From contig CAWCFX010000001.1 of assembly GCA_963795085.1 (NCBI GenBank), forward strand, positions 608,001 through 672,000: a stretch of DNA of 64,000 nt, read 5' to 3'. Source of the DNA: an uncultured Gemmatimonadales bacterium (GTDB lineage Bacteria; Gemmatimonadota; Gemmatimonadetes; Gemmatimonadales; GWC2-71-9). This document shows positions 18,452 to 25,965 of this stretch, piece by piece. A program made the position numbers and the translations under genes. Positions within the stretch are counted from its first letter, which is position 1, and every line of letters starts with the position of its first letter. The notes under the pieces are model-generated. The model was given only the letters and a program-made list of their open reading frames with translations, ran no database searches and was not told where the DNA came from.

Positions 18452-18501
18452 CGGTCAACCGCGCCGGGTTACCCGCTGGACGCAGGTACTCAGGCAGCCA
18501 C
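18452..18501 (+). repeat. attC remnant (internally deleted)
   Basis: CGGTCAACCGCGCC..TACCCGCTGGACGC central motif; TCAGGCAGCCAC pairs with GTGGCTGCCTAAC at 18768. Confidence 0.55.
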
Positions 18502-18527
18502 AGTAGGGTTCTCGTGGGAGGTCAGCG

Positions 18528-18749
18528 ATGGACCAAGGCAGCGCCGATCGGGCAAAACCCGGAATCTTTCTCTACGCTTGCTCGGGATGTGCCTGCATAC
18601 TTGGCGTGTCGCTCGTCACCCTGGGCTTACTCAGCCGTGGCGGACACCCGATGCTCCCGATCCTCGCTGGAGTGTTGGCTCTCGTGCTCGGCAGCCTCCT
18701 CTTGGCTTGGGCCCGCGGCCGCTCGCGCAGGCGGACGAGGGCAGCTTAG
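18528..18749 (+). CDS. Cassette 10: small two-TM membrane protein
   Basis: SD GGAGG; two hydrophobic segments. Confidence 0.6.
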   Translation: MDQGSADRAKPGIFLYACSGCACILGVSLVTLGLLSRGGHPMLPILAGVLALVLGSLLLAWARGRSRRRTRAA

Positions 18750-18773
18750 CTTCACGGAATCAATGTCGTGGCT

Positions 18774-18868
18774 GCCTAACACGCTTGGAGCAGTCAACCG
18801 CGGCTGACTACCCGCTGGACCCCACCACCTGACTCGCGCGGATGCCGCTCAAGCGCAAACCGTTAGGA
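18774..18868 (+). repeat. attC site
   Basis: GCCTAAC-ACGCTTGGAGC...GCTCAAGCGCAAACC-GTTAGGA. Confidence 0.85.
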
Positions 18869-18917
18869 ATCACGGCCACACATCCCCTATATGTCAGGCT
18901 CCTCCAGGAGGGCTCTT

Positions 18918-19094
18918 ATGCAACTGCAACTCACGGCAGTCTTTCAGAAGGTTCCCGAGGGCTATATTGGCTTTATTGAGGAACTTCCCGGCGCCAATAC
19001 TCAAGGGGCAACCCTGGACGAGGCGCGCGCAAATCTGACCGAGGCTGTCCACCTCGTGTTTGAGGCCAATCGCGCGTTGACGGAGGAACCGTGA
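18918..19094 (+). CDS. hicB: Cassette 11: HicB-family antitoxin (possibly C-terminally shortened)
   Basis: EGYIGFIEELPGANTQGATLDEARANL signature; SD GGAGG. Confidence 0.85.
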   Translation: MQLQLTAVFQKVPEGYIGFIEELPGANTQGATLDEARANLTEAVHLVFEANRALTEEP

Positions 19095-19095
19095 A

Positions 19096-19170
19096 GTGCC
19101 GCGACACCGCGAACTCAACAACCACTTGGCTCGGACGACCTGTCGGGATCTAGAGATCGAGGAGCCCTGA
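19096..19170 (+). pseudogene. hicA: HicA toxin C-terminal remnant
   Basis: VPRHRELNNHLARTTCRDLEIEEP resembles a HicA C-terminus; N-terminal half missing. Confidence 0.65.
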
Positions 19171-19172
19171 GG

Positions 19173-19290
19173 CCCTGACACGCGCTTGGAGCGGTCAACC
19201 GCGCCCATGTCCATGCGTTGGATGGAATCCACCTCGTCAACCTGACCAGCCCCCCAGGATTGCGACGCCAGCTGGAGCCCGTGAAGGTTC
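19173..19290 (+). repeat. Half attC joined to a third TolB 3'-end copy
   Basis: CCCTGAC-ACGCGCTTGGAGCGGTCAACCGCGCCC then GGATGGAA..CTCGTCAACCTGACCA..GCCAGCTGGAGCCCGTGAAG. Confidence 0.75.
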
Positions 19291-19300
19291 CCCCTTCATC

Positions 19301-19650
19301 TTACCCCCGCACCGCTTCAGCATACTCGACACACCCGGCAAAATCGTCCGCGCGCCCTTCATAATCGAAGTTCACCTCACCGTCATACTCGACACGCCCG
19401 GCATAATCGTCCGCGCGCCCTTCATAATAGAAGTTGACCTCACCGTCATAGCCGGCACACCCGGCATAATCGTCCGCGCGCCCTTCATGATTGATGTTCA
19501 CCTCACCTTCTTACTCCGCACTCCCGAAATAATCGTCCGCGCGCTCGACGTAATCCACAGCAAACTGTAAATAATCCACAGCACACCCGGCAAAATGTTC
19601 CGCGCGGCCTGCGTAATCCACAGTGCTGTGACCGTCATACTCCACGCGGC
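19301..19650. repeat. 63-bp tandem repeat (~5 copies, 21-bp sub-period)
   Basis: Units start at 19332, 19395, 19458, 19521 and 19584; minus frame reads (EGRADDYAGRVEYDGEVNFDY)n. Confidence 0.8.
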
Positions 19651-20062
19651 CTGCGAAATCCCGTGTCCCGTCCACTTTCGGCGCCAGCCGAGGCACGAAA
19701 ACACCCGAACCTGTCCTCCCGGGGAGACGCCTGCGGCATATTCGAAAACGTGGGCCTCCAACCGATGAACACGTTTTCAATGCTCCCGCCACCACCTTCC
19801 CGAAGAGCCCGCCACCACGTGGCCCCAGCCTGGCCGATCCCCTTGATCGTCAAGGAGATCGCTGCACTCAGCCTCCCCGCATCGCAACTCGTCGCCTCAC
19901 CTGCCGCACCTCTCGCGCGCCACCCTCCATTGCCCGATGGCCCGGCTGATGCCTTCGGACAGGGCGTCGGCCCGGAGTCGGGACGCCGGGACCGAGCAGT
20001 CCTCTTTCATTGGTTCCGGTCCGCCCCCGACGCGGGCCGGCTGCTCCAGAAAGGAGCGTTGT

Positions 20063-20734
20063 ATGAGATCCCCCATTCGTAGGAAACTGGAGATGGCCGC
20101 CCGGGTCCGGGAGTTCTGCCAGGCCCACATCTCCACCGAACCCGGGTTTGCTCCGGTCCTGGCACGACTGGAAGCCACCCTGGTTCGCGGTACCGCGATC
20201 GACGCCCGGCAGCAGCAAGGCTTCATGGCGTCCCGCGTCGCCCGGGGCCGCCGGCGGGAGCTCCGCCGGCTGATCCACTTCCAGCTGGTCCGCTACGTAG
20301 TCGCCCTCGGCGCCTACGCCACCCGGGCCCAGGCCGGCGAGTCGAAGCGGTTCAAGATTCCCAACTCGAGCCTCCCCAACGCCGCCTTCGTGACCGCCGT
20401 GCGCGGGCTCATCGGCGACGCCACCCAGCACCAGGAAGAACTGGTGGCCCTGGGGATGGCCCCGGCCCTGCTGGACGAGCTGACCCTCCAGGTCGGCGAG
20501 TTCGAAACCGCCGCCGAGGCGGGGCGGACCGCGCGCCGCGACCACATCGGCGCGCGGGAAGAGCTGGAAGAGGTCAACGCCAGCATCAGCGGCGAGGTCC
20601 GCGCCATTGACGGCATCGTCGGCTATAGCTTCGGGAACAACCGCGACATCATGGCGGAATGGCGCGCCGCCAAGCGGATCCCCGGTCCGCGGAAAGGAAA
20701 CAATGGGAATGTCGGAGAGACGAAAGCCGCTTAA
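20063..20734 (+). CDS. Hypothetical, probably all-helical protein
   Basis: SD AAGGAG before ATG 20063; host-like codon usage. Confidence 0.7.
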   Translation: MRSPIRRKLEMAARVREFCQAHISTEPGFAPVLARLEATLVRGTAIDARQQQGFMASRVARGRRRELRRLIHFQLVRYVVALGAYATRAQAGESKRFKIPNSSLPNAAFVTAVRGLIGDATQHQEELVALGMAPALLDELTLQVGEFETAAEAGRTARRDHIGAREELEEVNASISGEVRAIDGIVGYSFGNNRDIMAEWRAAKRIPGPRKGNNGNVGETKAA

Positions 20735-20736
20735 AG

Positions 20737-20880
20737 AGATTGAGGGAATGTTGGAATTGAGGGAAATGTGGAATTGGAATGCAGTTCCAATTCCCACATT
20801 CCTTCAATTCCACCATTCCCTCAATTCCACCATTCCCTCAATTCCAACATTCCCTCAATTCCACAATTCCCTCAATCTAT
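20737..20880. repeat. (ATTGAGGGA)n/(TTCCCTCAAT)n inverted short-period repeat
   Basis: Visible; recurs at 21393-21555, 21960-22126 and 55256-55367. Confidence 0.85.
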
Positions 20881-21315
20881 CTATCTGATCTGTTCCATCA
20901 ACGTCGCCAGGTCAAAGTACTGCCGCTGCAGCTTCACCTTTCCATCCACCACCTGCATCACGTTACAGGCCCGGAGCGAGATCTTCCGGCCGGTCGCCGG
21001 CAGCGGTCCCTTCGGCGTCTGGAGCGTCCCCGTATGGGTGCCGGTCCAGGTCAGCTCGAGGACCACCATGTCCCCGCTCACGTGGCTGGCATGGAAGGTG
21101 GGCCGAGAGTCGGGAAGCGCCGCCGCCCAGCCGCGGTACATCTCCAGCACCTGCTCCGGCCCTTCGGCCTTCCGGCCGGACGCCACCTCGTCATACACCA
21201 CGTCGGACGTCATCGCCGCCCGGGCGGCCTCCCAGTCCTTCGCGGCATAGGCCAGGAACGGCGCCTTGGCGGCTTCCACCAGGCCGGGGCGGGTGGCGGT
21301 TGACTGCGCAGACAT
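20881..21315 (-). CDS. SnoaL-like ester cyclase
   Basis: WTGTHTG.L...GPLPATGRKI and YFDLATLMEQ motifs. Confidence 0.85.
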   Translation of the reverse strand: MSAQSTATRPGLVEAAKAPFLAYAAKDWEAARAAMTSDVVYDEVASGRKAEGPEQVLEMYRGWAAALPDSRPTFHASHVSGDMVVLELTWTGTHTGTLQTPKGPLPATGRKISLRACNVMQVVDGKVKLQRQYFDLATLMEQIR

Positions 21316-21392
21316 AAAGCTTCCTCCTGTCAGGGGGTAGATGGGTTGGAAATTCAACCTTCTCTACGCCGGAAGACACGGGGCGGATCTAT

Positions 21393-21555
21393 TAATTGAG
21401 GGAATGGGGGAATTGAGGGAATCCGGGAATTGAGGGAATCCGGGAATTGAGGGAATCTAGGAATTGAGGGAATGTTGGAATTGAAGGAAATGTTGAAATT
21501 GAGTGCAGTTCCAATTCCACATTTCCCTCAATTCCAACATTCCGTCAATTTCCCT
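21393..21555. repeat. (GGAATTGAGGGAAT)n inverted repeat
   Basis: Visible tandem units followed by the reverse complement. Confidence 0.8.
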
Positions 21556-21949
21556 CCTCGTTCATCACCATCCACGAGGTCCCGAACCGGTCCCGCAGCA
21601 TGCCGAAGCGGGAGGCGTAGAAGGTCTTGTCCAGCTTCACGAAGATCTCGCCGCCGTCGGCCAGCAGGGCATAGATCCGTTCGGCCTCCGCGTCGCTGTC
21701 CACCCGGAGCGACAGGTAGGCGCTCCGCATCGGCTCGGCGGCCGGGATGTCAGCCCCCATGAGGACCGTGTCGCCGATCTCGATCCGGGCGTGGAGAATC
21801 TTCTGTTCCCAGCCGGCCGGGATGCCCTCCCGCTTCGGCTGGTCGCCGTGCCGCTGCACCATGGTGATCCGGCCGCCCAGGTGCTCTTCGTAGAAGCGGA
21901 ACGCCTCCTCGCAGGTCCCGCGGTAGTTGATATAGATGTCGAGCTTCAT
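21545..21949 (-). CDS. VOC family protein (PhnB/YjdN-like)
   Basis: GTCEEAFRFY, ILHARI and FGMLRDRFGTSWM motifs. Confidence 0.9.
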   Translation of the reverse strand: MKLDIYINYRGTCEEAFRFYEEHLGGRITMVQRHGDQPKREGIPAGWEQKILHARIEIGDTVLMGADIPAAEPMRSAYLSLRVDSDAEAERIYALLADGGEIFVKLDKTFYASRFGMLRDRFGTSWMVMNEEGN

Positions 21950-21959
21950 TTTTAGATCC

Positions 21960-22126
21960 AGGGAATTGAGTGATGCAGGGAGTCGTGGAACTGAATGGGA
22001 AATGTAAGGAATGGGGGAATTGAGGGAAATGTGGAATTGAGGGAATGTTGGAATTGAAGGAATGTTGGAATTGAATGCAGTTCCAATTCCACATTTCCCT
22101 CAATTCCAACATTCCGTCAATTCCCC
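21960..22126. repeat. GGAATTGAGGGAA-family inverted repeat
   Basis: Shares near-identical segments with 21460-21555 and 20737-20810. Confidence 0.8.
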
Positions 22127-22135
22127 CACCCTCCC

Positions 22136-23647
22136 TCACCGCCGAGCCAGCACCTCCCGCACCGCGTCGCTCATCTCCATCTCCGGCGAGAGCGGCGGGA
22201 CCTTCGCCCCGGCCGCGAGCAAAGCCTGCAGGCTTCCCACGTAGTCCCCCGTCTGGCAGTGCCAGCTGTTCCGCGAACCGTGAGCCAGCCAACCCAGCGC
22301 CGTCAAGTCGTGGTCATCGCCCCGAAGCTCGAGGACAGGATGGTATCGCAGGATCTCCTCGATCATCTCCCGGTTGCCGTGCCACGCCGCCCAGTGCAGC
22401 GCGGTGCCGCCGTCCTGCCCGCGCGCATCGAGCGGCCACCCTCCCGCCAGGAGCAGCCGGACCGCGGCGAGGTTGCCGTCTCGCACGGCGTCGGGCAGCC
22501 TCCGCCGGTCGGACGGAGGAAGCGACCTGACCAGGTCCGGCCGGTCCGCCCGGAGCCGCGCGAAGCGCGCCTCGTCTCCCAGCTCGCCGGCCAGCGCCAG
22601 CGCGAGGTCGTCCGGCGTCCGTTCCATCAGGTACTCATAGACCGCCTCGTGGCCGAACTTCCGGGCGACCGCGTGGGGCGACTTGTCTCCGCCCAGGGTC
22701 CAGATGTAGATGGTTCCTCCCGCATGCCGGTGCCGCATCGGGAAGTGTCGAGCCGACACCGTGATCCGGATCGCGCCGGGGTCCTGGCCCAGGTGGCGCT
22801 CGACCAGGGCCAGGTCGCCCAGTGCCGCGGCCATCAGGATGTCGGTGCGGGCGCCCTGGGCAACCAGGTATCGCACGATGTCCTGCCGGTCGGCCACCAG
22901 GTGCTGGGCCGGGGTGGACTCGTGGTCCACGTCCAGCGCGTTCACGTCCGCGCCCTGTTCCACCAGGTACCGGGCGATCGCGAGGTCGGCCGCCTCGTGC
23001 AGGGGAGTATGGCCGTCGCCGCCCCGCGCGTGCACGGCACCGGGGTCCCGCGCCACCATGTCGCGGAGCGCGTCCAGCATGCCCAGCCGGGCCGCGGCCA
23101 CCGGTTCCAGCGTTGCCCCCCGGCCGATCAGCCACGCCGCCAGTTCCGGCGGGGCGGTGTCCAGCACGCCGAAGCCGCCGGCCCACCAGTGGCTCTTCTG
23201 GTTGATGTCGGCGCCGGCGGCGAGGAGCTGGTCAATCATCTCCCGGTTGCCATGATGCACGGCGGCCAGCAGCAGGGTGCCGCCGAACGGGAGTCCGGGG
23301 AGCGGCTCGTTGAGCCGGCGCCGGAGCGCGGGGACCCGCTGCAGCACAAGGCCGAGCGCGGGCAGGTCGTTGGCCTTCGCCGCGTTCACCAGGGTAAGGA
23401 CGGGATCTTCGGCGCGAACGAGCTTCTCGAGGTGGGCCTTGAGTTTGGGCCAGCTGGGAAACCCGTACTCCCGCGCGATGACCAGTTGGGCATCCGCGAG
23501 CTGGGCCGGCGGAACGAGGGGTTTGCCGAGGGCGGCCTGGAATCGTTCCAGCGCGGCGGGGCGCCGCTCTTCGAGATCGGCGTGGAGCGCCTTGGCCTGG
23601 GACTTCAGGTGTTCGAGACTGGGCCTGCCGGGCAGGATCCGGGACAT
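22136..23647 (-). CDS. Ankyrin-repeat protein with N-terminal PSLEHLKxQAK/AREYGFPSW domain
   Basis: Several GxTPLH/TALH ankyrin motifs; SD AAGGAGG. Confidence 0.9.
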   Translation of the reverse strand: MSRILPGRPSLEHLKSQAKALHADLEERRPAALERFQAALGKPLVPPAQLADAQLVIAREYGFPSWPKLKAHLEKLVRAEDPVLTLVNAAKANDLPALGLVLQRVPALRRRLNEPLPGLPFGGTLLLAAVHHGNREMIDQLLAAGADINQKSHWWAGGFGVLDTAPPELAAWLIGRGATLEPVAAARLGMLDALRDMVARDPGAVHARGGDGHTPLHEAADLAIARYLVEQGADVNALDVDHESTPAQHLVADRQDIVRYLVAQGARTDILMAAALGDLALVERHLGQDPGAIRITVSARHFPMRHRHAGGTIYIWTLGGDKSPHAVARKFGHEAVYEYLMERTPDDLALALAGELGDEARFARLRADRPDLVRSLPPSDRRRLPDAVRDGNLAAVRLLLAGGWPLDARGQDGGTALHWAAWHGNREMIEEILRYHPVLELRGDDHDLTALGWLAHGSRNSWHCQTGDYVGSLQALLAAGAKVPPLSPEMEMSDAVREVLARR

Positions 23648-23820
23648 ACGACCTCCTTCTTGAGCGCCCGGTCCGCAAATCGTGGGCAGAAGTGAGGTGT
23701 CGGCCTGGATATCAGGGGAGGGCGCTCGCGCGCCCCGCCAGGTGGGATAGTCCCTTTCCGCGGACGGGAGGCATCCTGGGGTGCGGGGATATAATAGCGG
23801 ACGCGCGGGAACCGGGTCAA
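23648..23820 (-). promoter_or_regulatory. Sigma70-like promoter and ~135-nt structured 5' leader of the ankyrin gene
   Basis: TTGACC-N18-TATTAT; leader has GAGCGCCC/GGGCGCTC and GTCCGC/GCGGAC complementary pairs next to the SD. Confidence 0.45.
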
Positions 23821-23898
23821 CCGCGCCAGATACCCCGCGGTGTCCGGGATAGAGTCACCGCCCTCCCGCCGGCCGGAGGTCCGGATGCCCGGGGGTGC

Positions 23899-24120
23899 TT
23901 ACGCAGCCGCCCGGCTCCCCCGCGCCCACCCCTCGACCGCGGCCGCTACCTTCTCCACCCGGGACTCGAACCCCTCCATCGGCTCGAACACCAGCGGAAG
24001 CTCGACCGAGCCGTCGAGTCTCAGGATGTGGAGGCAATCGAACCCCGGAACCACCTCCGCCCGGTACCCACCAACCAGCGCGCCTTCCCCCACATATGCT
24101 GCAAAGTCCGCGTGTGACAT
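23899..24120 (-). CDS. Hypothetical protein
   Basis: Short ORF with plausible composition only. Confidence 0.3.
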   Translation of the reverse strand: MSHADFAAYVGEGALVGGYRAEVVPGFDCLHILRLDGSVELPLVFEPMEGFESRVEKVAAAVEGWARGSRAAA

Positions 24121-24280
24121 ACATCCCCCCGGCTTGGCGTGAGACTCGTTAGAATGTGCCACGAATTTGGGGGGACCCGGCCCGGCGCACCGTGACGCAA
24201 CCCGGTACGCCGGTGTGAGCCAGGTTCCCATCGCGCTTCTCTGGTCACTGGTCACTTGTCACCTCTTACCCCGTACTCCC

Positions 24281-25051
24281 ATGGATTGGCTGACCAGCCC
24301 CGAGGCCTGGATCGGACTCGCCACGCTGACGGTGCTCGAGATCGTCCTCGGCATCGACAATATCATCTTCATCACGATCCTCTCCGGCAAGCTTCCCCCC
24401 GCCCAGCAGGACAGGGCCCGACTCATCGGGCTCGCCCTCGCCATGGGGATGCGCATCCTCCTGCTGCTCACCCTGAGCTGGATCATCCGGCTCTCGGCAC
24501 CGCTCTTCAGCGTGGTCGGCCAGGAGATCTCGGGACGCGACCTGGTCCTCATCCTGGGCGGACTCTTCCTCCTCGCCAAGAGCACCCACGAGATCCATGG
24601 GAGCCTCGAGGGGCCGGACACCGAGAGCAAGACGTTCCGCGTCAGCTCGTTCGGCAGCGTGCTGCTGCAGATCGTCCTGCTCGACATCGTCTTTTCGCTG
24701 GATTCCGTCATTACCGCGGTGGGGATGGTCAAGGAGCTGGGAGTCATGATCACGGCCGTCGTCGTGGCCGTGCTCTTCATGATGCTCTTTGCCCGGCCGG
24801 TCGGCGCCTTCGTGCTGCGGCATCCGACGGTCAAGATCCTGGCGCTGAGCTTTCTGCTCATGATCGGCATCGCGCTCATCGCCGACGGCCTGGACCAGCA
24901 CATCCCGAAGGGCTACATCTACTTCGCGATGGCCTTCTCGGTGGGGGTCGAGATGCTGAACCTGCGGGTCCGGCGAGTCCAGGAGCCACCGGTCAAGCTG
25001 CACACGCCCTACGCGGATGGTCCCGCGATGAAGGGGGAAGGTGGATCCTAA
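24281..25051 (+). CDS. TerC family membrane protein
   Basis: LEIVLGIDNIIFI, DIVFSLDSVITAVG and IPKGYIYFAM motifs. Confidence 0.93.
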   Translation: MDWLTSPEAWIGLATLTVLEIVLGIDNIIFITILSGKLPPAQQDRARLIGLALAMGMRILLLLTLSWIIRLSAPLFSVVGQEISGRDLVLILGGLFLLAKSTHEIHGSLEGPDTESKTFRVSSFGSVLLQIVLLDIVFSLDSVITAVGMVKELGVMITAVVVAVLFMMLFARPVGAFVLRHPTVKILALSFLLMIGIALIADGLDQHIPKGYIYFAMAFSVGVEMLNLRVRRVQEPPVKLHTPYADGPAMKGEGGS

Positions 25052-25512
25052 AGGACTTCCTCGCTACGCTCGGTCGCAGGGGGTTAGGGATCCTCGGCCA
25101 CTGACCCCGCCATGCGCCCCCCCTTCCCCCGACGGGGGAAGGGGGACCCTAAAGGACTTCCTCGCTACGCTCGGTCGCGGGGGGTTAGGGATCTGAACGG
25201 CGAATGGGGACATGGTTTTTTGGGGGATTCGAACTACTCGCCGAGCGACATCACCCGCAAAATCTCGCCATGCGCCCCCCCTTCCCCCGACGGGGGAAGG
25301 GGGACCCTAAAGGACTTCCTCGCTACGCTCGGTCGCGGGGGGTTAGGGATCTGAACGGCGAATGGGGACATGGTTTTTTGGGGGATTCGAACTACTCGCC
25401 GAGCGACATCACCCGCAAAATCTCGCCATGCGCCCCCCCTTCCCCTGACGGGGGAAGGGGGACCTAAGGGACTTCCTCGCGCGCTCGCTGCAGGTCGACG
25501 GAAGGGGTTAGG
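25047..25512. repeat. ~158-bp tandem repeat with CCCTTCCCC-GACG-GGGGAAGGG palindrome
   Basis: CCTAAAGGACTTCCTCGC-type starts at 25047, 25148, 25306 and 25463. Confidence 0.85.
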
Positions 25513-25515
25513 GCT

Positions 25516-25890
25516 CTAGCTCCCCGGCTTGTACAGCGCCGTGGCCGCCGCTGCCGCGGCCAGCAGGGGAAGCGCGCCCAGTACGAGGCCGGCGTACTGC
25601 CGGCGGTACACCAGCACGATGGCCCCGCCCAGCAACAGCCAGATCGCCAGCTTGATGTACACCCAGCCGGGCAGCCCGCCGTGGACCACGCCCAGCCGGG
25701 CCAGCATCCCGAACCCGCCGAGGAGAACGAGGAAGGCCCCTATCCCGTGCGCCATTCCCAGGAGCCGGCGGTAGGGGTTGTCGGCGCGGGTCCCGCCCCG
25801 GAGGACATGCATTCCGGCCGCAGCCAATGCGACCACCAGGGTGATGATGCCGAAGAAGTGGATCAGCTTGTACACCGGATAGGAGATCAT
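25516..25890 (-). CDS. Four-TM hypothetical membrane protein (SirB2-like)
   Basis: YKLIH, HGIG, GGFGMLARLG and WVYIKLAIW segments. Confidence 0.65.
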   Translation of the reverse strand: MISYPVYKLIHFFGIITLVVALAAAGMHVLRGGTRADNPYRRLLGMAHGIGAFLVLLGGFGMLARLGVVHGGLPGWVYIKLAIWLLLGGAIVLVYRRQYAGLVLGALPLLAAAAAATALYKPGS

Positions 25891-25965
25891 TGCTCTGAGG
25901 GATTGAGGGATGTCCTGCCAACTCCTGGTCGTCCCGTCGCCGACCGCCAGCCGGCGCCGCTGTGA

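Larger units (their letters stand above)
13285..19206 (+). mobile_element. Integron-type gene cassette array lacking an adjacent integron integrase (CALIN), ~11 cassettes
   Basis: Co-oriented single ORFs separated by ~98-bp palindromic attC sites (RYYYAAC...GTTRRRY, L boxes with an extra G). Confidence 0.88.

Noticed and set aside
13744..19206. CRISPR array (recurring repeats with unique intervening sequence)
   Set aside because: Repeats are ~98-bp attC-like palindromes and the intervening sequences are whole genes; no cas genes in the window.
13062..19290. Diversity-generating retroelement TR/VR pair (TolB-end copies)
   Set aside because: No reverse transcriptase in the window, and differences between copies are not restricted to adenines.
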